Positions 1-14,053 of a stretch of DNA of 64,000 nt are shown piece after piece. The DNA lies in assembly GCA_038496445.1 (NCBI GenBank), contig JALMLS010000093.1, positions 372,001-436,000 on the forward strand, given 5' to 3'. This stretch comes from Trichosphaerium sp. ATCC 40318. Taxonomy: Eukaryota; Protista; Tubulinea. Below the pieces are notes generated by a model. That model was given only the letters and a program-made list of their open reading frames with translations. It was not told the DNA's origin and searched no databases. The translations under genes were made by a program, and so were the position numbers. The number at the start of each line of letters is the position of its first letter. The first letter of the stretch is position 1.

Positions 1-1103
1 GATGGTGTAGAACACCTCGCCCAATTTACGCTTTGCAGAGTTCGATGACATTGCCTTGAACTTGTGTTTAATAATAACATCCGATAATTTTATTTAACCT
101 AATAACATACCTTGTTCCACGTTGCGACAACTAGCGCTGTATGATCTTCTGTATCATACAATAAAAGAGTGGCATATGCACGCTCTATCTGTTGACCAAT
201 GTTACACCTATGACGTGTAAGATGACGACAGTCGGAAACATAAGTGATGTTTTACCAAAGTGCGAAAAATGACGTTATAACATTATCCGGGTTAGCGTTA
301 GCATTATATAATGGTCCTGTCGTTGAAACGACTTCTATTAGAACCTCTCCAGCCTACACTTTTTTAGCTAGAAAGCCGGCTTTTTATTTATCGTACCAAC
401 TTAAAAAACTCATGGTTTACACCAGTTAACGCGTAATCAACAGCTAAATAATTTTGTTAAAAAGTTTGTTTGGAATTACCCGGCCAGCATTCAAACTGCC
501 TTATATCGTACCAAATTCTTCTATAATATGTGTAGGAATCTCACACGTGTTACTTTTGGCCAGGTGGTCGATGATCTGACATATTTTGTCAACAAAACGT
601 TGACCAAGAGGTATTGTATCTAAGATTGGTGTCCTAAAAAAAAGACGTAAGAAAAATAATGAAGAACATTTTGACAGGTAATATCACGTGGTACGGGTAT
701 TGTTTAAAAGTCTTCTAAATGACGTACTTTATTGAAGGGAAAAGTTCTGGGAGTCTCTTAGCGAAAGTATCCACAGCAACATCTTCCCAGTGCATAACTC
801 TACGTAAAGGATTTTTTAGTATTGAACGATAGCGCCATATCGTTACCTGTTCCAAACTGTTAAGATTGTTAGCCTGTTAGCTCTAGTTATCTCAGGAGGT
901 GAATCAAAGTCTTTGTCAGAAAAGAAATTCTACAACAAGTTAGCGAGAGGGTTTTTCCAAAGCAATTGTACTCACTTTCTTAGCCGCTGCAGTTACAGCT
1001 GTTACCCCAATCATACTTTTGAGTGTTGCTGCTGTAGATTCGCGGTGTATAGGTTTTGCTTGTTCACGCTTTTTCTGTACATAGACTTAACAAGTGTGCT
1101 CAT
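1..1103 (-). CDS. Multi-exon hypothetical protein, truncated by the window edge
   Basis: ATG at 1103 (MSTLVKSMYRK). Open exon blocks bounded by GT/AG: VMHWEDVAVDTFAKRLPELF, TPILDTIPLGQRFVDKIC, AGEVLIEVVSTTGPLY. No family recognised. Confidence 0.55.
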
Positions 1104-3767
1104 TTCACAACCAAACCAATACTGCGTACGGAATAAATATTAAATTTTAGCTTGGCGTTCAATCGCCTTCCGTCTTGTTTTATAATAGGCAATGTGGTCT
1201 CGTTTCCTTCTGTTTTTATAGAGCTAGATCTCAAAATAACTATGCCTGCGTCCTGTATGAATAGCGTTTAGTGTCAAATAGAAAATTTGTTCCAAAAGGT
1301 GCAGCAAGTGGATAAATATTAAACAAAATATTCCAAAAGTTTTCGTAAGAATTATCGGCCACCTGTGCCGCAATAACAATAAATGTTGACATCATATGGG
1401 TAGCTACACCACTCACTTTGGAGCATGTCAACTTTATCTTTTATCAAATAAAAAAAATCACGTGATATCCGTGCTTGTCGGGTTTTTACGTTACGAACTA
1501 CTTGTCCCAAAAAATTCAGAACCAAAAAAAGAACACGTGATTATCGGGTTTTTTAACACTACTAGAAACCTACTTAACGGAAAAAAAAATAAAAAAAGAA
1601 ACATTTTTGTTAACTTCGAATACACGTACTTTCCATTGTTGTTTACTACCCGATTGTTTTGATGACACTGAGAATTGAAATACTGAGTGAGGTTTCACGA
1701 TAACACCACTATTTTTAAAAAAATTAAAAGCGTCAACACAACACCACAAACAGCCAAAAAAAAACGTGACAACAGTTTTGTAAAACAATCACTGAAAACG
1801 TACAAAGATCGCTCCACAGCCCATGAAAACCCTTTTTCTGTCCTCTGGTCTGCATTGTCAACCTCAATTTTGCGTCGGAGAACCCTGTTAGCTTCACCGG
1901 CTGGATCCAAAATATCAAGAGAAATACGTAATCCACAGCGTCTACTAGGCGGTTGCCATCCATGTAGTTCAATAACTGTGAAATTATGTTATTGTGGGGC
2001 CGAAAGAAAATATAATTTCAAAAAAAAGAAAATAGTTCCGAAGGGGAGCCTTAAATGAATTTAAAACGTTTCAAAAAGCACTCTAAAAGCATCCTACAAT
2101 ATGTATAAAGGTGTTAATGATAATAAGAGTGACGTACCACCAACATATAGTTTCATCTTGGACAATTTGCCCATCGATTTTGATTTATAAGCCTTCATCA
2201 TGATAGGCGCACGGACTTTGGTTTTTATTAGTTAAACGGGCAATGTAGTTATATAATAATGCGTCGAAGTCCACCAATGATAGTTTTAGGCTGCCACCTT
2301 TACGGCACTTGGAAAAAAGTGCCGTTGTGTAGCAACATAGCACAAAATCACAACGTGTAAAGTCCGGGAAGACGCATTTTTGAATAAACGTTTTTTCTTT
2401 TTTTGTGCAAAACATGCAGAAGCCGAAACATGGCCTTACCTTTCTTGATAATATGCATGACGCCTAGGGTACCGTTGCGACGCTTGTTGCTTGTTCTGTG
2501 CCAGGATTAAGTTCAAACAAGGCACTTGACTCCTATTTTGGAAGGAGGCGCGTTAAAGGCGAAACCATTATTTGCTGTGGCCTTACTGCGCGTCTGTAGA
2601 GAAGCTTAGCTATGCGAGCTAGTTTACAAAGAAGAAACAACCAAATTTCGAGCTTGCCTGAGAAAAGAGCGTCATTTCGTTTGTCCAGCAACCATCGTAG
2701 CAAGTTCTTTTGTTAATACGGTGTAGCTACTTATTAGGAAAGAATCATTTTCGCTAGCGCAGCGAGCTAAGCCTCATATGGATTCCTCAAGTACAGTCTA
2801 TTGCGATGAACTATAGCAAATAGAAAAAGCAAAAGACTAACTGTCGATCCTTTTTTGCTTTTTCTGTTATGCGTCAAGTTTACTAGGTGTTATGGAGTGC
2901 TGATATAACAATAGCGTCTAAATACATGACGTCAAACGAATGTCAACCAACATTACTAATCGGTATTAATATATTTAGACTTGAGCTTTAATCGCTTGCG
3001 TCGTGAATATGCGCGTCACTTTATTATTATGTCAACGAAGATCATAGAAAACAACGATTTTGACAGCTTTAAACTGTTTGCTTATAATTGCTCACTACAT
3101 GAGGCACTAAAACGACTATTTGTAGCGTACTTTGCGCGGTACACTTGTGTATCTCATCTTTTCTGGCACTACTTCACTTTGTCGTACCAACGAAGCAAGT
3201 CATGCATTAATCAAGGTAAAGAGATCTTTTTCTGAGCTAAACACGTAAAATTAATAATACACGACTTGAAAAATACCTAGCAACGCAATATAAGTCTTAT
3301 ACACTATTTCTACGCGTGGGAAATGCTCTGCCGGCAATTAGAGCACTGCTGGTAGAGTTTTAAAGAAACTACAAAATCAAATTGTTTACGCTTATTTATT
3401 GGCTAACGCACTCAGATTCAAACGAACACATCAAAGAAATTTTTTTCAAAGCAACTATCAACGAACAATTTTCCGCATACTCTCTCAGTTCGCAGCAATA
3501 AGCGTAATAATTATTAGCCGCCACGAAACAGCAGCTGTTGTTCTCTTTTACTATTAGTATTCGTTGTGATTGCAGTGGTTGCAAACTATACCTTACCTGA
3601 ATACCTCGGAACGAAAGGATACCCTGAGGCTTAATAGATGGTAATGAACGTTTAATGTTTGAAATATACTGGTTTCCGTCATTTTTTACGGAAAAAATTT
3701 TGAGAACAATAAATCTTTTTAGTCAGTTAGTTCTAAATTAGTCAATAATTAAATACACAAGCAATTA

Positions 3768-6700
3768 ATGCTACGACTTGTAGTACGATTGGCTATTTTG
3801 CTAGTTGTACTTTATTCTTGCCAAGTACAAGCAACATGCTCATACTTTATCGGCGAAATTAGTTCTACGACAGGGTCATTAACTACCTCATTATATACAA
3901 CGTATTATAACTCAACAGAAGCCGTTGTAGTCACACAAATTGATTCCACACGTTTACCAAATACAATAACCGGCTTTACAGTGTACGTCAACGAAATTTA
4001 TGCGTTTAGACGATTTTGCTCGTTTCCAACTTGGTTCTAGTATAAACACGCAAGCATACTTTTCACATGGTCACAACGAATCCAAAATCAGTGTTCTAGA
4101 GCTCACAAATGACACCAGCGTTGCTACGATCCTCACTGAAGAAACGTACGCTGTAAAGGCAACAAGGCCTTACTCTACGCGTGCCGGCAGTTATACTAAC
4201 GAAAACAGGTGTGCCATTACTGCACTGTCATCAAACGGCAACGATTTAATATATTTATGTACAACCAACGCCAATGATATTGTGTACACATTGAAGGTAT
4301 GTTTTAATGTACCGATGTAATGTAGATACGGCACTTACGAAATATAGAGCTACGACGTGACCACCTTTGGTCAAGGTTCCGTAGCACCAACGATAGTAGC
4401 ATCCTTTTCCAACCATACAGCGCCAGATGTATGGCACACAGCCAAATCAGGCGGAACGGTTGTTTTCGGAAATTCTGATGGCCTACTAATGGTACGTATA
4501 TTTTTAATATGTTTCAAGTATTAAAAACAGCTGTTTTAAACGAGAAAAGGAGTTGTCAATTTTCGGTTAGATTTTCGGTTTTTTTCAATTAAATTTCTTC
4601 ACAGGACGTCTCAAACATTCCTTTTGATGTATTGCATAATGACAATACGACGTCTATCAACGGTTTAAGCCTTTCTGACGAAAGTAAGATTAATTGCTTT
4701 CGGAGTTCCTTTTAATGAACTACAGGTACCGTATTCGCTGGTGTGGTGGATATGAACAACAATATCACTCTTGGCGTACTTGATAATCAAACTATTGCAC
4801 AAAACTGTTCGTAATAACTTCACCTGAACTTTAAAATTTATTTTCTGTTTTTCTGTTTTTTTCTTAGTATTCCCAATAGTGTTATTGCTTGATTTAGATG
4901 ATTTTCTCCTACATGACTTGGATACTATTGGTTCTAATTTTACGGCCTTATTTGGAAAGACTGTCGGGCAAGTTCATGAAGTAAAGGTAATTGTTTACTT
5001 TTTTATTGTTTTTTTTGTCTTTTTTATTTTTTTCGCTTACACTTTACTTACGTTCTAAATAGCTTCTCATTTCTGAAGAGGGGGTACAACAAGAAGCCTT
5101 CTCACTTGTTTTTATTGGTGAGCTACGATCTTTTTTTGAAAAAGTTCAACGTCATTTTCATTTTCTTTATGTCTATAACGTTATTATCGCGTAGAGTAAT
5201 AATCTGACGGAGTTCCTTTTTTTTTTTAGATGATGTAAAAGTATCAATCAATTCATCAATTAAATTTTTCATCTCAAGTCAAGATTCTTGCTCTCTACCA
5301 CCACAACCTACAGACCCACCTGCAGACACACCCACATCCCCACCTACAATGGCTTCTCCTACAGCAGCACCAACTGAACCTGATCTCAACATTGATTGTG
5401 CAGAGATTGTGTTGGATATTGAGTTTACTGAAATACCTTCGGCTTTAGAATTTGATGTTATTGCAGATGCTTTTCAAGTAGCAGCTCAAACATATTACAC
5501 AGAAAATGTTTCACCTGATATAACGGTTGTAAATACAACAGCTGCCATAACTCCAAGAGAATTAGTAAGGAGACTCAAAAGACAAGCCCCTATGGGTAGA
5601 CCAATGGGAACACCACGTGAGTTTAAGCGATTATTTTCGAGGATTTTTTTTAATGATTGTTTTAGCGTTCTGGAGCGTTTTTTGGAACATTGATGTACCT
5701 GAGATCCACCGCGATACTTTACATACTTCAGTGTGTAGTAATAATACAGCACAAGAAGCAGTAAAAGCTTTATTCCTTGTTGAACGCAATCAGAAGAACA
5801 ACTTTGTTTTTAGAAACTGTAGAAGAGACGAGTTAGGTACGCATACACTCTTTCTTAATTTGCTTTTATAAGAGAGTTACTTCATCCATTTTAACTATTA
5901 ATAGTTGCTTGTGGTACTACATCAGCTGATTCAACTCCTCCTGGACCTTGTAAGTCGTTATGCATTAATTTTTGTGAGCTGATCTTCAAAAAATAGATCA
6001 AGTTGAATTTACAATCACTCTCGCAGCTGGAACATTATCTTCATCTCTTCTTAACAGGATAAGAAACATTGTTGCAAATATTACTCAGCAAAGTACTGAA
6101 TTCATTAGAGTTGTAGCAAACCTTCAGACAGTACGTAGTAGCTGGTTGAACCGCATATATTTCTTTATATTAATCAGCTGTATTTTAGAGTACGAAGAGA
6201 CAAGTGGAGAATTATCTTGTTACAGTAACATTTGATATTGGAGGTATTTTATTGTTTGAGCCACAAAAAAGGCTCACTTTGTTCCTTTCTTTAGGTGGTC
6301 TTAACCCTATCTTGCTTGGTGCAACAATAGAAGCTCAGGTAGCAGATTGCAATAGTGAGCTCTCCCTAGGACTAGCCCAAGAGTTCTTACCTCTTGTGTC
6401 TTGTCCTCAGACTTCTCTTCCTCCTACAGAAGGTCCTACAACTGCAACTGTTGTAACACCTTCACTTAGCTCTGGAGAAAGTGGTAATAATAACACGATT
6501 ATTATTATTGTTGTTGTTGCTGTTGTTATACTATTGATTGTGGTGATAGTCATGGTTGCTCTTGTTGTCATCTTCAGAAAGAAAAAAGAAGAAAGAAGGA
6601 ATGAGCCAACTCAAAACAGTGCGTTTCTTGAACATGTTTTTATCTTGCTTCACTAACACGTTGTGTTCTTATTAGGTAATGTTGAACGGTATCAAGGCGT

Positions 6701-8331
6701 TCCTTCAAAGTATAGCACTGTTAAAATGTCTCCAAGTGAGGAAAGTCTAACAGTATTGAAGAACCAACTAGGTAATAATTATAATTAAAACAAAAAAATT
6801 TATTTTATTGTTACTAATTTTATTCACTTAGTCACAAAGAACATGGGTGGAGAAACTGATTGGTAAGTTGGCAAAAAGCAATTGTAATGTGAGTACCTAA
6901 ATTAATTATTCTAGGGTCATTCCGTATGAAGATCTTGAAATTGGAGAAACACTTGGAAAGGGTTCTTTTGGTGTAGTTAAAAGTGGAAAATGGCGATTCC
7001 AAAATGTTGCTATTAAGGTTAGTTTTCTTATTCATTTTTGGTATTCGGTCTCATCTAATTACTTAGTTCTGCACTGATATTGGCGCTACAGATGATTTTT
7101 TAGAAGAAGGAAAGCTTATGTGTAACCTAAGACCACATCCAAACGTAAGTTTTTTGTATTGAATTCAAGTTGACTATTGGGTTTTCTCTAACGATTTTTT
7201 TCACCCAACAGGTAATACAAATCTTTGGTATTTGTGTTAAAGATGATTGCTTATTTATGCTTATTATGGAGTACTCAAAAGGTACCTTTAATAGAATTCT
7301 TGTTTTGTTGTGTATGCGAATAGATATGTTTTATTAATTTTATTTTTAATGTAGGAGGTTCTCTTGACACTTTCCTCTATGAGTCTTCACATAAACTTAA
7401 ACGGAAACAAAAACAAGAAATCATTCTTGGTGTATGTAAGGGTTTATTACATTTACATTCTGAGGGTATTATCCATCGTGATTTGGCTGCAAGAAGTACG
7501 TTAATACTCCAACAAACGATGCAATGATTTAACGGATTTTTTTAAAGATGTATTGCTCGATGAAGCACTTAAGCCAAAGCTATCAGATTTTGGCATGTCT
7601 CGCATTGTAGATAGTAATACAAGTGCTGGAAAAACAGCTACAAGATTCGGACCAATCAGGTGGATGGCTCCTGAGAGTATACGTTTTGAATACTCTGTAC
7701 AAAGCGACGTACGGTTTTGTTTCATTCATGGGATTTTTTTTAAATTCATTCTTCTTACTGGATTGTTCGTTCACAGGTTTGGAGTCTTGCTATTGTTATG
7801 CTTGAAGTATGGTCTGAATCAGAACCACATGATGAGTGGGAAGAAAAGGATCAACACGAGCTCGCTATAAAGATAAGAGATGAAGCTTTAACACCTTCAA
7901 TGCCTAAAAAGGTTCCAAGAGTATACGCTGATTTAATGAGAGAATGTTGGGCTTCTAGTCCGTCTGAGAGACCTCAAGTTTCTGAGATTTGTCGTCGTTT
8001 AACAGAACACCAACGACGTAAGAAGTCAGGCGAACCAAAGGGAAAGAAGATGTTAAAGGATGTAAGGAAGCAAGTTTCAAGGTCTTCTTCGATTGTAGCA
8101 AAGAAATCGCTTCGTGGTTCACCTAGCACGAAGGCTAAGGGTGACGAAATGACAGAGCTGGCGCCTGATACTGATAACGATGTACAGACGCTAAAAAGAA
8201 GGAAGAAAAAGAGCAGAAAAAAGAAGAAGTCTACAAAACATTTAGAACTTCAGGAAGTGACCCAGGACCACTATGATGATTTGCCTTCATTAGGTACACC
8301 TTCTATAGGCACTGAGAAGGCTTCCTTGTAA
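3768..8331 (+). CDS. Single-pass receptor tyrosine kinase (signal peptide, long ectodomain with Pro/Thr linker, TM helix, kinase domain)
   Basis: Signal peptide MLRLVVRLAILLVVLYSCQVQA; TM IIIIVVVAVVILLIVVIVMVALVVIF then RKKK; kinase motifs LGKGSFG, VAIK, HRDLAARN, DFG, GPIRWMAPE, SDVWS; TAA at 8329-8331. Confidence 0.92.
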
Positions 8332-8588
8332 AAGTATCTTGAATTCTTCTGAGATGGCTACGCGTTCAGTGACTACACCAAAAGAAAAAAAAAGGTTAAA
8401 CGCCTTGGTTTCACATGTCGCAATTTTTGGCGTGCGTCTAGAGGAGTTTTAAGAGTGTAAAAGAAATAAAAAAAATACTGAAAATTATTTCATGTTATTG
8501 GCTGGCAAGCCAGCTTGGTGCTCAGTAAGCGTATGTAAAGGTTACAAGCGGTTCAGGTGTTATTAGTACAAAAGTGCGTAAGGTAGTG

Positions 8589-8885
8589 TTAGTTATAGCC
8601 GCTAGGCGTAGGAGAACCATATGGTGTTGGTTGTACAGGGTAATTGCTGTTATTACCGGGATCAACGCCACCGTAACCGTAATCAGCCATTGTTTCACTG
8701 TAAACAGCGCAGCCAGTCTCTTCTGGTGGTCCCATATAAACTGATTTCCCACAGCATGTATAACAAGCATCGTGATGCGTTTCTTGATGTCCTTGAGGGT
8801 GATATCGTTGACCTGGTTTCATTTTTGGGTTTACAACGTATGACGTTCCATCATGGTTTTTGGTTTTGGCTTGTTTCTGACCCAT
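8589..8885 (-). CDS. Small intronless protein, possibly N-myristoylated, with a Btk-like His/Cys zinc motif
   Basis: 98-aa ORF starting MGQKQAK; motif RYHP..CYTCC..GC; Tyr/Pro/Gly-rich tail. Confidence 0.6.
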   Translation of the reverse strand: MGQKQAKTKNHDGTSYVVNPKMKPGQRYHPQGHQETHHDACYTCCGKSVYMGPPEETGCAVYSETMADYGYGGVDPGNNSNYPVQPTPYGSPTPSGYN

Positions 8886-9206
8886 GTTCTTTGATTGTTT
8901 GAATTTAAGGAGATCACTGGCTTAAGGCGATGTTTATTGCCTTGTTGCAATATACAAGCGTAGGGAAGACTAATATACGCGTTTTAGGGCTTACATTGCT
9001 ACTCTACAATAGCAACATGTCATTGTACAAACTATGTTCAGTGAACACATTTTGACACGCAATGTGTCATTGTCTTGGTTTATTCTTTTTTTCGCCCATG
9101 AAAATACTTGTGGGTTTAAAAAATACAATACTAGCTGGACGATTTATCGCACAAGTAAAGATAGATACTAAACGTTTTTGAATGAGTGGTAAAAAAGTTA
9201 GCTAGA

Positions 9207-10599
9207 TTACAAATTATTTTTCTGTTTGATATCGTCTAGAGCATCTGTAATATTATCAAATTTGAATTTAAACCCTAATCCTTTTAGCTTATCAACACTT
9301 AACTTCCTTCCATGTGTTACAAAGCAAGCACGTTCACCTTAAATAAACTTATTAAAAAAACCCAAAAAAAAGAATGTTATACCAAGAACTATGTTCATAA
9401 GCCATGTAGGATACCACATCCAAGTAGGTACGTTAAATACTGATCCAAGTGCCTTTGATAGTTCAGAATACGGAGTAAATGTTGGTGCTACTGTATTGAA
9501 AGGTCCTGAATATCTCTTATCTGTTATTGCTTCAAGGAATATAGACATCAGATCCGTCACGTGAATCCAAGGCACATTTTGATTTCCTAAAATAATTTTA
9601 AGCTCATTGGCTACCGTACAATATGAATACAGTTTTCAAACATTTTTATGATTATGGTGGGCAAGGAAAGTAAATTTCAGTAAGAAAGTTTCGAAAAGCA
9701 AAAAAGCAATGTCATACCATCACCAACTACGCCACCCAGATAGTATTTAAATAATGGATACATAAACGCCATACCACCTCCTTGTGGGTCTCCTAAAACT
9801 ATTCCTGTGCGTAATATACATGTACGTGTATCTACATCACCAGGTAACTCGGCTGCTTTTTCCAGCTTTCAGAGATGTTAAAAAGAGAACCAAACCATAA
9901 ACACGTACCTCCTTGCATATAGTACCTCCAATATCATCGCCGTACTTGGATTCTTCTGTATAAACTTTCTCTGTGCTGGCGGGATATGCTGAACCTCCCA
10001 TGACTATAAACGCTTTTGGAGGCGTTCCTTTTTTGGACATTGAGGTAACTGCAGTTGACTAGTTTTTTCAAAGAATTTTAGTAAAAAAGTGTACAAACTC
10101 GCCACTGGCGATAACAACGTACTAATATTTTAGCTGGGATAGATCTTGATTCAATAAGCTCTCGCTTGAAAGCGTTTGTGTACCTATTGGATAAATTGGT
10201 TTAACACGCTTTTAGAGTTGTAAAAGTGTTGTGTTAGCACTTATATAACACTGCTGGCGTCGTTTTCGTACCTTTGATCCATTATATTCCTACCTGTCAG
10301 TGAAATTACCTTACAGCTTTAGAGATGCGTAAAAAATTCCAAATAGGTTACCACATCCGTATCAGAAGGTAATCCATCGCTTTTGACACCATCCCATGAT
10401 ATTTCGGTATCTCCTGACGGATTACGTGATATAACTGTTATTTTACATTTTGGTTGCGTTTTTCTTATGCTAGCTTGTAAGTGCTTGCCTACAGGCTCTA
10501 TTGTGAGCGAAAACAAAAAAAAACAGTATAACGGATTAAACTGACTGACATACCAACCCACCCGCGGCCTCCACCAATTACGACGTGTCTAAGTTGCAT
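9207..10599 (-). CDS. SDR39U1/TIGR01777-family NAD(P)-dependent epimerase
   Basis: MQLRHVVIGGGRGWVG Rossmann motif, RTGIVLG, GGVVGDGNQ, PWIHVTDL, GPFNTVAP, LGFKFKF; spliced. Confidence 0.88.
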
Positions 10600-10801
10600 G
10601 CCGTTTCGCTTGGCACTATTGCTTGGTTTTTCTCCGCCTGTTGGTGAGTTTACTTCCTGACTTAAACGTCTTGCCTTAACTTCTGAATTAAAATCGTTGT
10701 TACACTCGGGATGTTCCTCTTGGGAGCATAAAAATACAAACTAAACCTAAGTTCACATATCATAATATTGGTTTATTGTACAGCCGTATCAAAAGGGTTC
10801 C

Positions 10802-12863
10802 TTAACCTGAAGAGTCACCTTGCTCCATAATAGAAGCATCAACAGCACTGTCTACTGTTGGTGCTGTAGCAGATCCATTAGTGAGTGTACTATCTCTTGG
10901 TGTCTTTTTAGAGCTCTGTAGTGCTAGTAGCTGAGTATAGCTAACTGCATATAATAGCAGATAGAAAAAAACCCAAAACGAATAAAACCCAGCAGGTGTA
11001 AAGAAAAGAGAAGAAAACACAAAAAGAGCCAAGCATACGGATAAGACAATAAACACTCCACTTAGCAACAAGATATATGTGATCTATAAATAATATGTAA
11101 GTACTATAGTCGTTCTTTGTTAACTTGCAAGCTCACACGTGTGAGAAACATTGCTTTTTTGTTCTTCTTTTTTTTTCAGAAAAAAACAAGATACAGCTCG
11201 TACCTTTATCATGTTTCTACTTCTTGCTGTTTGTTTTTTAGATCTCTTTATTGTCAATAGTACTTTAGTGCCAATAATAAAGTAATATATCGATACAGAT
11301 AATGAGAATAATGCAAAGCAAAGTCCTGATACTTCAAGAAGAAACGGTAGATCGGTCGCAGCACGTATAACATTAAGTACGAATTCCATTAAAGTATACG
11401 CTACAATAACAATAATACAAGGTATTAAAAGCTTATGAACGTTTTTTCTAACGACAGAGCGAAGTGTTTTGATGTTGAGTAAAAGTTCGTGCCTAGTAAA
11501 ATAAAAAGTTAGTTTCAGAAACGTAGTGCACTAGTTTCATGTACAACGGATAAAAGGTATATTTGACTATGAATTCAAGCGAATATAATAGTAATTGCAA
11601 AAGGGTAATTGATGGATTACGTTCATAAGTTTTTCTAAAATCATAGTGGTTTCAAACTTTTACTCAGGTCACGTGTTAAGAATTACAGCGAAACAACATC
11701 ACGTACCAATAAAATGCGATTAATATTGAACTTGCAATACTGAGTGTGGGTAGACCAGTAATAAACATCTCATGTACTCCAGATATTAGAATGCGGCGAC
11801 TATATATAGGATCAATAACGCTGTAAGTGAACCTAACTATTTTTTGTAAAAAAAATCCCATTTAGTTTGTGACAGAAATACCAAGTATGTAAAATAGACT
11901 TACTTGTATTTGATACTATCTCTATGATAAGGATAGTCTGTGATAGCCCACAAGAAAACTTTTCATCAGTTTCATAAAGCTTGTATACAGATAAAGCAAT
12001 TGCACCAAGAGCCAATGCTCCCATCACTACTGAGAAGACAATCTAACTTAAAATGATCTAGAGAACATAAAATACAACGTACACTTCCTGTTTCTTTAGT
12101 ATGCTTCCATAAGTTCTCATCTAAATGTGGTACCAAGTAAGTTATTTTCAATTTCTTCAAATTCCGATTTTTTTTTTACCATTTCTATCCAAAGTGACAT
12201 TTAACGGAAATGTACTATTTTGCTCAAAGTAGTCTTTCATTGACTCAAATAGCGATGTCCCTATAGCGACACTAGGTATTTCTACAGTTACCTGTTGGTC
12301 AGGATTTAATTTAAAGTAGTTAAGCGCCCCAGGAGCTAAAACGAAGAATTAAACAAAAGTTCAAAAAAAAAAAAAATGTCATCAGCGATTTTGAACTTAC
12401 TAGTTCCTCCCCAGTACAATACAAGAGCTATGGCACCTTTAGACTTTGCATCATCTACTAATACGCCCCAATCATACGTGTCGTCTATTTGAAGAAGTAG
12501 AATCTGACCTGTTATATTGTTCACTTTATTATACACTAATTCTCCTACAAATAGCCGGGTTAGTATTGTTTATGTGTGAAACGACGCTCAGCGCATCCAA
12601 GATGGGATTTAATACAAAAAGAAAGCAATTTAGTTAGGGAAAGTACCGGAGATGGTTTCGTTACTCCCCCAAGCGTCTTTAGATAGCCAAGTAATGTCTG
12701 GCGCGTTGTACTGACCTATTTTCGTGACGAAGCGTAAGAAAGCGATCTTTTGTTCTTATTGTATACCTTGCAACGCTGGGGTATGTATGACTAATCCTGT
12801 TGCGTACAACGCGCAACATACAGTCAAAATGATGCAATGTACACTAGTAGTCATCACTCTCAT
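10802..12863 (-). CDS. Secretory PA-like domain fused to a multi-pass (about 7 TM) membrane domain
   Basis: Signal peptide MRVMTTSVHCIILTVCCALYATG; GQILLLQ..DAKSKGAIALVLY..EIPSVAI resembles a PA domain; several TM helices and a LIAFYWHE motif. Confidence 0.8.
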
Positions 12864-14053
12864 ACCATTAGCAAACTAGGCTTTTATAAGGCAAGAAACA
12901 CTAAAAAAGGAATGCTAAGAGCTTAAACTAAGTAAACTAGTCAGTTTCAGGTGAACTAGGCGTAAAATAGATTATGAGCTCGGTTAGGAAGTTCTAGAAA
13001 CCGTACATATACTTTTTATGTCCAAAAGGGAAGAGGTGTTGCCAAAGTTCGTTTTTTATTTAACGAGGTCATTCGAGCTCATCTGCTTCAAGGAATATTT
13101 AGAGGAATCACGTTGAGTACACGCATTTCAACAGAATGTATCCCTTTAGTAACACGATAATGCATCAGAGCGGTGGGGTGTATACTAAAATGTCCAAAAA
13201 AAAAGTCGAAAAAATGTCAAAGTGAGTGATCCGATCAGAGCTATTGTTGGTATTATTCGTTTGGTAAAATCTCATACTTACCTCTGACAGGTGCTGCTCC
13301 TGTGGACATTACTGTAAGCCATTTAAGTACAACAAATTTGAGGTGTGTATTTTTCTAACGCTCTGGGAAGTGCTTTTGTCTGGTTTAAGACCACTCGCAA
13401 TACAACAATACCATGCTGTTTTTTTATATATTTTCACTTTTTCTTTGTTTTTCAGCAATAACAGGATACATCCTGTAAACAGAAAAGATAACAAGAGCGG
13501 TTTGTGAATAAGCTAGGGCAATCTATTATACATAAGTACGTCGCTATATAGCATTACATCTCGGGCTCTCACGTAGCCCGTTGAGTCTCGGATCATTAAC
13601 TGAATATCTTCATACATGACATCCAATTGCAAAAGTAAAAACGCCAATTAGTAGTGGAGATGAATCGATAAACGCTAAAATAAAGTTACAGGAGCACTAT
13701 TTAGTTCTTAGCATGCGTCAAAGCCGAAAAAAGTATAAGTCGTTTTGCAGCACGTTTTTGGAACAAAAACATCGCTGAAACGGTTTACAACGCAGGAAAA
13801 CAGCTAGCGCAAGTATTTGTGACGTTTTGCAATGTGCATTATCCATATTTGACAAATTAAAATAGATATTTCATTGAATGTATTGACAATACAACCAGAA
13901 AACAGAAGTTATCGCTTGGTAGCATGTTTTGCAAACCAAAACATCATTGATAACGTTTCCACGTATGTAAATAGCTATCACAAGCCTTTATGAGCATTTT
14001 GAAATGTGCATTATCCATATTCGAGTATTTCAAGTGGATATTTCAGTGAAGTG

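Noticed and set aside
2770-2803. Minus-strand AGACTGTACTT resembling the U3 snoRNA 5' end
   Set aside because: Box A (GGATCATTTCT) and the downstream boxes are absent.
13274-13284. ATACTTACCT resembling the U1 snRNA 5' end
   Set aside because: No U1 stem-loops or Sm site follow. It is better explained as the reverse complement of a GTAAGTAT splice donor.
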